Part shown: in pieces, positions 1 through 7,717 of the stretch
Layout: each line of letters begins with the position of its first letter
Position numbering within the stretch: the stretch's first letter is position 1
DNA from: Promethearchaeia archaeon
Lineage (GTDB): Archaea > Asgardarchaeota > Lokiarchaeia > Sigyniarchaeales > SOKP01
Assembly (NCBI GenBank): GCA_046497275.1
Contig: JAWOFX010000164.1
Span: 1-12,046, forward strand
Direction of reading: 5' to 3'
DNA: 12,046 nucleotides
Program-made: the position numbers and the translations under genes
The notes under the pieces: model-generated
What the model was told of the DNA's origin: nothing
The model's input: the letters and a program-made list of their open reading frames with translations, nothing else
Databases searched by the model: none

Positions 1-453
1 GTTGTAGAAAAAAATCCTTATAGATTAGAGATTGCAAAGAAATTTGATCCTGATGTCGCATTAAATAAGCTCAAATTATCTAAAATCAAAAGAGCAAATA
101 AAAAAGGAATATCTGGAGCTGATTTTGTATTTGAATGTTCAGGAGTGCCTGTATTAGTAAATGCTGCCATAGATGTTGTTCGAAAAGGGGGAACTATTGT
201 ACAGATAGGATTATGGGACAAACCACTTGAAATTAACTTACTTAAGTATGTTATGAATCAAAATCGTATTCAAGGTCTCTTTGGTTATTTACGAGAGGAT
301 TTTGAGTATGCTGTGGATTTAGTTGCTCGGAAACTCATAGATCCAGGGCCTATTATAACAAAAATTATTCCTTTACAGGATGTTGTCGAAGAGGGCTTCG
401 AATGCGGAATTAATCCAGATACTAAAGAATTGAAGATTTTAGTGGAACCTTAG
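1..453 (+). CDS. Zn-dependent medium-chain dehydrogenase/reductase (MDR), C-terminal part; gene starts upstream of the window
   Basis: Frame 1 is open from base 1 (VVEKNPYRLEIAKKF...GADFVFECSGVPVLVNAAIDVVRKGGTIVQIG...IQGLFGY...ITKIIPL...KILVEP*). The GADxVFECSG, GGxIVxxG and terminal KILV motifs are typical of the BDH/TDH/sorbitol-DH-like MDR family. The listed 145..453 ORF is only the part after an internal GTG. Confidence 0.85.
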   Translation, partial: VVEKNPYRLEIAKKFDPDVALNKLKLSKIKRANKKGISGADFVFECSGVPVLVNAAIDVVRKGGTIVQIGLWDKPLEINLLKYVMNQNRIQGLFGYLREDFEYAVDLVARKLIDPGPIITKIIPLQDVVEEGFECGINPDTKELKILVEP

Positions 454-470
454 TTCATACCTATTTGATC

Positions 471-489
471 TTTTACTTTTTTAATTTTT
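471..489 (+). terminator. T-rich tract, possible archaeal-type oligo(U) terminator
   Basis: TTTTACTTTTTTAATTTTT about 18 nt after the MDR stop codon. Weak evidence in so AT-rich a genome. Confidence 0.3.
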
Positions 490-656
490 CAAAATATATA
501 TAATTGTGAAATTGTGAGATTTTCTAAATTTAAAATAAGAATGAACTTTGAACATTTTAAATCTATAAAATCAATAATATGTAATGGAAAAATATAAAAT
601 AATTTAAGTACAAATTCTAATAAAAAGAAAAAGATGTTTATTTAGAGGGGATAATT

Positions 657-1844
657 TTGGAAAGATCAATTGAAATTTTCCATTTAGAAGGGCAAGATTA
701 TGAAATGGGTTTAAAACAAGGAAGATATTTTCAATCGCAAATCAAAGAATTGTACCAAAAACTTACCTCTTCTGATGAATTTTTAGCATCTAAACCATTT
801 TTCATTCCAAAGTTCCTGTACAAAAAGTTAGCAACAAAAATTTCTTCTAGTATGATTAAAGCGTCAATTAAAGAACATTTTCCTTCTCAATGGAAATTCT
901 TACAAGGATTAAGTGAAGGTGCAGAAATCTCAGAAAGTAAGCTTTTATTTCTCCAAGCCATTGATGCCCTTGGAACTCAAGTCTCAAATTATAGGATAGA
1001 AAAGAATGTATCCGCCTCCTTCAATGATTGCAGCGCAGTAGGAGTTAAAAGTATGAAAACTGATACTGGGGGAGTGTTAATGATTAAAAATTGGGATGGA
1101 CCGGAATTTTTAGCTCAATATACTATTTTCCGAAAGATGAAACCTTCCAATGGGAAAGGATTTGCAACAATAGGTTCTGGAGTGGTAGGTTTGGAGGGTA
1201 TTAATAATGGAATGAATGAAAAAGGGCTTTCCATCGTCTATAATTATGCGTATCCAAAAGAAATTGGAGATAATGGCGTGCCAGCTATGATTCTAATTAA
1301 GGAGGCTTTAGAAAATTGTGTTAGTGTGAAAGAAACTATTGAATTGTTTAAGAAATATCCCCGAATAGGTGGTGCTAATGTGATGGTGGCCGATAATGAT
1401 GGTGATCTAGCTGTAATAGAATTTAGTCCTTCAAATATCGAAGTACGAAGACGAGGAATAGAACGTGAAAACTCTTTTCTAATTTGTACGAATCATTATC
1501 TAACACCCATTATGAAAGGTTTGGAGATTTCCCGAGATGCTGTGTATAATGAGGATGCAGCAGAAGCATTTAAAGGTAAACCAGTGCACAAAAGCTCAAT
1601 CATGCGCTATAAAAATGCTCACACTATCTTAAAAAATAACGCTCCAGAAAAGATATCATTAGATTTTCTTAATACGCAAATTCAAAGTAATCACGGGCCA
1701 GACAACATTCCTTCTGAATTTACATTCTGCAATCATGGGACAGAGATCTCAACTGGGTTTGGAGTTATGTTAGATGTAAAAAATCGACATTTTTATGCAA
1801 CCTTAGGAAATCCATGTGAAGGAAAAATGGAAAAATTGTCATAA
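657..1844 (+). CDS. Peptidase C45 family (acyl-CoA:6-APA acyltransferase-like) Ntn-hydrolase / amidohydrolase precursor
   Basis: N-terminal 'EGQDYEMGLKQG' pro-region, nucleophile motif D-C125-SAVG, 'KNWD', 'GINNGMNEKGLS', 'CTNHY'. TTG start with SD-like GAGGGG at 645-650. Confidence 0.85.
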   Translation: MERSIEIFHLEGQDYEMGLKQGRYFQSQIKELYQKLTSSDEFLASKPFFIPKFLYKKLATKISSSMIKASIKEHFPSQWKFLQGLSEGAEISESKLLFLQAIDALGTQVSNYRIEKNVSASFNDCSAVGVKSMKTDTGGVLMIKNWDGPEFLAQYTIFRKMKPSNGKGFATIGSGVVGLEGINNGMNEKGLSIVYNYAYPKEIGDNGVPAMILIKEALENCVSVKETIELFKKYPRIGGANVMVADNDGDLAVIEFSPSNIEVRRRGIERENSFLICTNHYLTPIMKGLEISRDAVYNEDAAEAFKGKPVHKSSIMRYKNAHTILKNNAPEKISLDFLNTQIQSNHGPDNIPSEFTFCNHGTEISTGFGVMLDVKNRHFYATLGNPCEGKMEKLS

Positions 1845-1955
1845 GAATAAGTTATGTTTTATTGGATATTATGTATTATGGAGTAAAAAAAATTTGTAGA
1901 TTTATAATATATTGTAATAATTATATAGATAGAGAAACAAAAATAGAAAAAAAAT

Positions 1956-2246
1956 ATGGATACATCTAAAGAGATAAAATCTGTATCAAAAAACAATCTC
2001 TATAAACTAAGAAAGAAAAAAATAGAAGATCAAATTTTATCGGCGAAAAGAATTTTAGAACAAAAAATTGAACCTATTGAAGTTGCGGGCAGATTTTTAC
2101 ATGAATCGTTTAATTTAATGAAAAAAGGAATTTCAAATAGATATCCCGATTTATCAGAAGAAGAAATTAATCAAAAAATACAAAAAACCTTGCTTCTTTC
2201 TGAAAAATTAAAAAAAACTCGTACAAGAGGCAAAAATTATGGCTGA
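1956..2246 (+). CDS. Small basic helical protein, putative antitoxin (MenA1/Rv0078B-like)
   Basis: 96 aa. The segment 'FNLMKKGISNRYPDLSEEEINQKI' matches, from my recollection, the R/KxGIxxRxPxxSEEEI pattern of small proteins encoded upstream of DUF1814-type NTases. It overlaps the next gene by 8 bp (ATGGCTGA). Confidence 0.55.
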   Translation: MDTSKEIKSVSKNNLYKLRKKKIEDQILSAKRILEQKIEPIEVAGRFLHESFNLMKKGISNRYPDLSEEEINQKIQKTLLLSEKLKKTRTRGKNYG

Positions 2247-2823
2247 AATGGAAAATGTTTTATCTCGATTAAATTATGTCTTTGAGGCTACAAAAATTAA
2301 ATATGTTATTGTGGGGGGTATTGCTGTAATTCATTATGGGCATATACGAGCGACTCAAGATATTGATATTATTATAGAGGATGATTATTCTAAAATTTCT
2401 CAATTTTTAGGATTATTAAAAACCTATGAATTTGATGTGATGATGGATCAATTTCAAATGGCATATAAAGAAAAAACAAATATAACCATTTTTGATAAGA
2501 ACAGTTTTTTACGACTGGATATTAAAGTCGCTGATAAAAAGAGAGAATATGAAGTATTAAATAATGCAACCCAACAAATTATTTATGGAAAAAAAGTAAA
2601 TATTGCGCCTTTAGAATACGTTTTAATTGGAAAATTGATATATATGGGAAACGTTAGCGATATCCCCATTTCTGAATTATTAGAATATCAAGATGTTATC
2701 GATTTTTTAACAATATATCATGCCAATAAAAAAGATATTAATCTACAATTTCTAATCGAAAAAGTAAAAGAAATGGGTTTGGAAAATAATCTAAATAAAC
2801 TCCTTGAAATAAAATTCGACTAG
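2239..2823 (+). CDS. Nucleotidyltransferase, MenT1/AbiEii-like (DUF1814-type) putative toxin
   Basis: Pol-beta-superfamily signature 'YVIVGGIAVIHYGHIRATQDIDIII' (GG...RxTxDxD), with downstream 'APLEYVLIGKL' and 'YQDVIDF' (KL...QD..D) motifs as in MenT/AbiEii toxins. 194 aa. Confidence 0.8.
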   Translation: MAEMENVLSRLNYVFEATKIKYVIVGGIAVIHYGHIRATQDIDIIIEDDYSKISQFLGLLKTYEFDVMMDQFQMAYKEKTNITIFDKNSFLRLDIKVADKKREYEVLNNATQQIIYGKKVNIAPLEYVLIGKLIYMGNVSDIPISELLEYQDVIDFLTIYHANKKDINLQFLIEKVKEMGLENNLNKLLEIKFD

Positions 2824-2893
2824 TTTTCTTTGAACATATGGAAATTAAAAAATTTTATGAGATCATAAATAATATCCTATAATTCCTTACCTA

Positions 2894-3166
2894 TTATATC
2901 TGTTTCTCTATTCTTTTAACGATTTCGGATGGGGATAAATAACCACAGTTGATTATTATATCAGCATATTTCATGTATAAAGGAATTCGCTGTTCATACA
3001 ATTTCGAAATCGATAGAGTTTTTAGACCAACTATTCCTCTTGATTCTTTATCATCTAAACGTTCTTCTAAAATATCTAGTGGAATATTCAAAAAAATTAT
3101 TAGAGAAATTTGTTCAAAAGTGTTCATTAAGGATTTGGAATATATCACACTCCCACCCGAAGAGAT
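2894..3166 (-). pseudogene. aroK: Shikimate-kinase remnant lacking the N-terminal P-loop
   Basis: The minus frame reads ISSGGSVIYS...IIFLNIPLDILEERL...RG...LYEQRIPLYMKYADIII, i.e. the GGS/GGG motif, LID region and R-x-PLY motifs of shikimate kinase. An in-frame TGA lies just upstream, and no GxxGxGKS/T P-loop is found in any frame up to 3356. Confidence 0.7.
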
Positions 3167-3298
3167 TTCTTTTCATAATATTTCTTTCTATTAATTTTAG
3201 ATAAAAGAAATTTCAGATAAGAATCTAAATCCTCGAATGATAATAATAATACTTATATATCCAGTTATCAAATAAATTAATTGCATATTTTAGATAAA

Positions 3299-3316
3299 TT
3301 GATGGAAATCCATCAA
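3299..3316. promoter_or_regulatory. Palindrome TTGATGGA-AA-TCCATCAA, candidate transcription-factor operator
   Basis: Perfect 8-bp inverted repeat with a 2-nt spacer, 40 nt upstream of the SCP2 ATG and just downstream of a TATA-like TTATATA (~3253-3259). Confidence 0.45.
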
Positions 3317-3356
3317 CTTAACAATTATAAAATTATATAATTAAATGTGAAGAAAA

Positions 3357-3815
3357 ATGGTTAATTATGAAGACTTAGAGGAAATTGCAAAGAAATGGGC
3401 ACAAGAATATTGTGAAGCTTTAAATAATAGTCAAGCATATGATGAGGCGGCAAAAGGTTGGGGCATAGATTTCGAGGGGAGTATGCTTTTTGTGATGGAA
3501 AAATCAGGAGAAATTGAGGATAACGTTTCAGCTTTTCTGGATTTAAAAGATGGAAAATGTTTGGGTATAAAAATTCTCAAACCAGATGAGGATCCTCCAC
3601 GAGAACCAATAATGACTCTTAAAGGATCATTTTTATTGTGGAAAAAATTAGCATTTCGAGAAATTGATCCCATTCAAAGTTTAATGTCTGGAAAGTTAAA
3701 ACTTGAAGGAGATATGTCTCTTGCGATGAGATATTCGAGAGCAGCAATGGAACTCGCAAATGCCACAAAAGATACAGATACAACCTTCTTTACTAAATAC
3801 GATTTGGGAGAATAA
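3357..3815 (+). CDS. SCP2 sterol/lipid-binding domain protein
   Basis: 'ALNNSQAYDEAAKGW', 'FLDLKDGKC', 'TLKGSFLLWKKL...IDPIQSLMSGKLKLEGDM' is the classic prokaryotic SCP2 signature. Confidence 0.9.
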   Translation: MVNYEDLEEIAKKWAQEYCEALNNSQAYDEAAKGWGIDFEGSMLFVMEKSGEIEDNVSAFLDLKDGKCLGIKILKPDEDPPREPIMTLKGSFLLWKKLAFREIDPIQSLMSGKLKLEGDMSLAMRYSRAAMELANATKDTDTTFFTKYDLGE

Positions 3816-3838
3816 TAATATCTGGGGTGAAGAAAAAA

Positions 3839-4591
3839 ATGGATGATTTTGAACAACAAATTGATTATTCAATGCCAAGACAAAATGGTCTCTTCCCACC
3901 GCCTCCCTATCGATACCCTAACATGCGTGCGATGATAGTGTTGTTTCAATGTAAGGAAGGAGTAAAGAAAAAATATCTTCCTCCAGAATTGGAACCTATT
4001 GAATACGGATTTGATGCGATCTTTATTTCTGATTATCCCGACTCCTCAGTTGGACCCTATTTTGAAAATTTAATCGTATTAAATTGTAAGTATAAAGACC
4101 AACCAGGTGCCTTTGTCTTTAATATCTATGTCACCACCGAGGAGGCGCTGACTGCGGGGAGGGAAATATGGGGATATCCAAAAAAACTATGCGATATTAA
4201 ACTCTCACCAATTCAAGAAAAGAATGGCAAGAAAGTAGTATATGGAAGTCTCACAAGAAAAGATATTACGTTTTTAGAAGTTGAACTAAATGTTTTGGAT
4301 TCGCCTCCAGGAATGGATCCTAAAGGAATGATCGAGAACATGCCTCTTTATAATTTAAAACTCATCCCAGATGTAGCAGATAATTCAAAACCTGCTTTAA
4401 GACAATTGACCCAAACGGATATGAGATATAAGGAGTTTTCTAAACAATTTGGAGCAGAAACTAATTTTATCAGATCGACTTATTCAAAATATGATATCTG
4501 TCATGAATTATTAAAGGATGCCAATACAAATTTAGGAGGATTTTATATAGAATGTACACAGATCCTTCCTAATGGAAAGGTTCTGGAATAA
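3839..4591 (+). CDS. Acetoacetate decarboxylase (ADC)-superfamily protein
   Basis: 'YSMP...FPPPPYRY', 'YPDSSVGPYFE', and the Schiff-base motif 'GREIWGYPKKL' with the Lys-Lys pair intact. ATG 3839 is preferred over GTG 3827 because SD-like GGGGTGA lies at 3824-3830. Confidence 0.9.
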   Translation: MDDFEQQIDYSMPRQNGLFPPPPYRYPNMRAMIVLFQCKEGVKKKYLPPELEPIEYGFDAIFISDYPDSSVGPYFENLIVLNCKYKDQPGAFVFNIYVTTEEALTAGREIWGYPKKLCDIKLSPIQEKNGKKVVYGSLTRKDITFLEVELNVLDSPPGMDPKGMIENMPLYNLKLIPDVADNSKPALRQLTQTDMRYKEFSKQFGAETNFIRSTYSKYDICHELLKDANTNLGGFYIECTQILPNGKVLE

Positions 4592-4646
4592 TTTTCTTTA
4601 ATTATTATTTTTATTTATTTTAATTACAATCGATTAAGTATGAAAG

Positions 4647-6173
4647 ATGAATGATATACAAAATGCATATGAGGATATAGAGGATATTGTTGGAACCAAA
4701 TATGTCACTGATTCTGATGCCATCTGTTATTCTTATTCAATGAATTGTGATACGGTTCTTCAAGGCATACCCGATATCGTTGTCAAACCAAATTCCTCTG
4801 AAGAGATTTCAGAAATCCTTAAAGTAGCAAACCGATATAAAATTAAAGTAATCCCTCGAGGTGGTGGTGCCGATCTTACAGGCGGAGCAAAACCTATTGG
4901 GGATGGGGGTATCGTGGTGGATATAACGCGGATGAATAGAGTCTTGGATGTGGATGAGGAAAATCATATTGTCACAGCAGAATGTGGTATTTCTTGGAGT
5001 GAATTATGCGAATACTTGAGAAAGGTAGGTATTGGATATTACACAGGCTCAACAGGACCGGGATCTGGATTCTCTGCAACCATTGGTGGTGGACTCTCAA
5101 ATAATACATTAGGTGGCGGAGGTGCGGCGATGTATGGCAATGTTACTGAACAATGTGTTGGATTAGAAGTTGTACTTCCCACTGGGGAGATAATTTATAC
5201 TGGCGCTAAGGCAAATTCATTTTGCGAAAAACCATTTACAAGATTTGGGTTGGGTCCAGATTACTCGGGACTCTTCTTGGGGGATGTGGGAATTCATGGG
5301 ATTAAGACGAAAGCTTCCTTACGATTATATCCAATACCGGAATATGCAGCTTATAGTACATACGAGATTAATGATAGCCAAGATAAAGCTGAGTATTTAA
5401 AAGCGATGGAAGTAATGCAGAAGTGGCAACATCACCACTTATCACTTCACGATTTTTATTATTATACAAAGGGATATACTAAACTTCTCACTACTTTTCA
5501 AATCAAAAAAAACTTAGCAAATGCGGGGGTTGAGGGGAGTGTAATGTTTTATACCACTGTGGCAAACTCTCAAAAAGAATTAGATGACAATGTTGAGAGA
5601 ATTGAAAAAATAGCAAAAAAAGGAGATTTAAAGAGATTGGGGGATAGTATTGAAGAAGGTAATTTAGGCAAATGGTTTTATGAAGAGGATGGGAGATGGC
5701 AATGGGCACACGTCTATTGGGGATTATATGGTACAGAAGGAACCAGTTTGGGTTCTTGCCTGAAATGTCCAACGTATCAATTACCAGATTATATAAAATT
5801 ATATGAAGATTGGGCAAATCGAAACCGAGAGAAATTTTGGGATATCGGAGGAGGAGGAGCAAATTTTCTTGTGATTGGCTGCTACCCATGCTATATTGAT
5901 ATCACTGGGGGGATAACGCTTCACACTGATAAAAAAAATCGGAAACTTCAATATGAATTATGGGAGGACTTAATCTTATCTCAAATAAAAGATTTAGGGG
6001 CAATTCATTATTGGATGGGCGAGATTATCGGAAGAGCGTTAGTAGATTCTGGTGCTCTCAAGAAGGAATATTATGATTTTATGATTACTGTTAAAAAAGC
6101 ACTTGATCCCAATGGAATAATGAGCCCGGGAAAATTTTATTTAGGAGAAAAGTATCAAGAGGAGGGTAGATAA
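4647..6173 (+). CDS. FAD-binding oxidoreductase (VAO/PCMH; GlcD / D-2-hydroxyacid dehydrogenase-like)
   Basis: 'PDIVVKPNSSEEISEILK', 'IPRGGGADLTGGA', 'ATIGGGLSNN', 'GLEVVLPTGEI', 'GIHGIKTKASLRL', and C-terminal 'KKALDPNGIMSPGK'. Confidence 0.9.
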   Translation: MNDIQNAYEDIEDIVGTKYVTDSDAICYSYSMNCDTVLQGIPDIVVKPNSSEEISEILKVANRYKIKVIPRGGGADLTGGAKPIGDGGIVVDITRMNRVLDVDEENHIVTAECGISWSELCEYLRKVGIGYYTGSTGPGSGFSATIGGGLSNNTLGGGGAAMYGNVTEQCVGLEVVLPTGEIIYTGAKANSFCEKPFTRFGLGPDYSGLFLGDVGIHGIKTKASLRLYPIPEYAAYSTYEINDSQDKAEYLKAMEVMQKWQHHHLSLHDFYYYTKGYTKLLTTFQIKKNLANAGVEGSVMFYTTVANSQKELDDNVERIEKIAKKGDLKRLGDSIEEGNLGKWFYEEDGRWQWAHVYWGLYGTEGTSLGSCLKCPTYQLPDYIKLYEDWANRNREKFWDIGGGGANFLVIGCYPCYIDITGGITLHTDKKNRKLQYELWEDLILSQIKDLGAIHYWMGEIIGRALVDSGALKKEYYDFMITVKKALDPNGIMSPGKFYLGEKYQEEGR

Positions 6174-7399
6174 TGAGTAGAACTGAAAATAGTTTAGAGA
6201 ATCTAAAAAAAGTGAAAGACGAAGCATTATCATGTGTACATTGTGGACAGTGCCGAGTAGCACATTGGCCAATGCAGAATTTTTATTATATCTGTCCCGT
6301 TTATAAATCAGATCTTATTCCCAAATTCGAACCATATTTTGCGCGCGGAAAAAACATCATACTAAAGGGATTATTATGGGGGGATTTGGAATTAAACGAA
6401 GAAGTTAGTGAGCTCTTTTATCAATGTTCCTTATGTGGAGCTTGTGAGGAATTTTGTCATAACTCAATGAATGACAATATAGATTTCCCCACTCACAAAT
6501 GGACAAATATGGTTGAAGTATTTGAAGCTTTACGAGCAGATTTAGTAGAGGCGGGTTTTGCGTTGGACGGACATGTGTCTATGAACAAAGCATTAGTGGA
6601 ATTGAATAATCCATATGAACGGGACAATCAAGAAAAAAATAATTGGACTGACCAGCTTGATTTTAAAGTTAAAAATGCTTCAAAAGAACATACGGATCTT
6701 CTTTATTATGTGGGATGTACTGCAGCACTGACTCCAAAGATTCAAAATATCCCGATTTATACATCAAAGATTTTGCATAAACTTGGAATTGATTTTGGAA
6801 TTCTTGGAGAGAATGAAATATGCTGTGGAAGCGTTGCGATGAGAACTGGCGATCGAAAAGCTTTTGAAACGGTTGCAGAAAGAAATGTTCAGATGTTCAA
6901 AGACTTAGGCATAAAAACTATTATAACGAGTTGCGCGGGTTGCTATAGGACCTTAAAAAAAGATTACAAAACTAGGTTAGAAGGTATAAATGTCTATCAC
7001 ACGGTCGAATTCTTACAGAAGTATTTCAATGAGAATAATGTTAAACTCAAAAATTTAGGGAGTACCACCACATACCACGATCCTTGTCATCTTGGGCGTC
7101 ATATGGGAATGTATGAAATTCCGCGTGAGCTATTGAAGCAAGTATCTCATCCTACAGAAATGCAGACAAATCGACAAAGTGCCATGTGTTGCGGAGCAGG
7201 GGGTGGACTTAGGAAAGGAAATACGGAACTCTCCTTAGATCTTGCAAAAAATCGCATCCGTGAAGCTAAGGAGACTGGCGCAGAAAATTTGGTAAGTACC
7301 TGCCCATTTTGTTATCGAAATTTGTCAGACGCTCTCGAAGAATTAAATTGCGAGATTAAGATGATTGATCTGGTTCAATTAATATATGAAAATATATGA
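6173..7399 (+). CDS. (Fe-S)-binding protein, GlcF/HdrD-like, 2x[4Fe-4S] plus two CCG domains
   Basis: CVHCGQC...CP and CSLCGAC...C ferredoxin motifs; YVGC, EICCG, SCAGC, YHDPCH, CCGAGGG, CPFC. TAATG overlap with the FAD gene and SD GGAGGG at 6161-6166. Confidence 0.9.
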   Translation: MSRTENSLENLKKVKDEALSCVHCGQCRVAHWPMQNFYYICPVYKSDLIPKFEPYFARGKNIILKGLLWGDLELNEEVSELFYQCSLCGACEEFCHNSMNDNIDFPTHKWTNMVEVFEALRADLVEAGFALDGHVSMNKALVELNNPYERDNQEKNNWTDQLDFKVKNASKEHTDLLYYVGCTAALTPKIQNIPIYTSKILHKLGIDFGILGENEICCGSVAMRTGDRKAFETVAERNVQMFKDLGIKTIITSCAGCYRTLKKDYKTRLEGINVYHTVEFLQKYFNENNVKLKNLGSTTTYHDPCHLGRHMGMYEIPRELLKQVSHPTEMQTNRQSAMCCGAGGGLRKGNTELSLDLAKNRIREAKETGAENLVSTCPFCYRNLSDALEELNCEIKMIDLVQLIYENI

Positions 7400-7717
7400 G
7401 AATTCTTCAAAATTATCATTTACGACATTAAATGCCTTTTTAACTGAAAAATCAAAATATTCTTGTTTAGGAATTTGTGTATTGTCCCAAATATAGTTGT
7501 CAAGCATTTCAAATGCTTCTCCATTAAGATCCTTTACTTTTTTATCCAAAACATTTGAATAATCTAAGATCATCTCGTTGTTGGAAATTAACACATAGTC
7601 CTTGAATTGAAAGTTCTTACAATCTGGATAGGGTGGAATACATCCGCAATTTTCAAACTTTTTACAATAGGAACAAAAATGAAAGAAAATTTGAAATTTT
7701 GCGGCGTCTAGACGATT
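7379..7717 (-). pseudogene. Start-less or truncated small Cys-rich ORF (hypothetical)
   Basis: The frame of the listed 71-aa ORF (GTG 7594) stays open for 41 more codons to an in-frame TAA at 7720-7718. That extension contains CSYC-x5-CGC-x6-C but no ATG/GTG/TTG. Confidence 0.35.

Noticed and set aside
18-221. Minus-strand 67-aa ORF
   Set aside because: Antisense shadow of the MDR dehydrogenase, with no motifs.
502-517. Tandem direct repeat AATTGTGA x2 upstream of the C45 gene
   Set aside because: Only two 8-nt units in very AT-rich DNA, and not recurring elsewhere in the window.
2949-3194. Plus-strand 81-aa ORF
   Set aside because: Antisense to the shikimate-kinase remnant, which has the recognisable motifs.
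3301-3318. 8-nt match (GTTGATGG) between the predicted guide (10090-10097) and the minus strand of the SCP2 operator, suggesting RNA-guided regulation
   Set aside because: Only 8 nt, not starting at the guide 5' seed, and the nuclease looks catalytically intact. The match is expected by chance.
3431-3899. Three short minus-strand ORFs (3431-3673, 3674-3859, 3696-3899)
   Set aside because: Shadows of the SCP2 and ADC genes, with no protein-like motifs.
5503-5889. Minus-strand 128-aa ORF
   Set aside because: Lies wholly antisense within the FAD oxidoreductase, with the Leu/Ile/Phe-rich composition typical of shadow frames.
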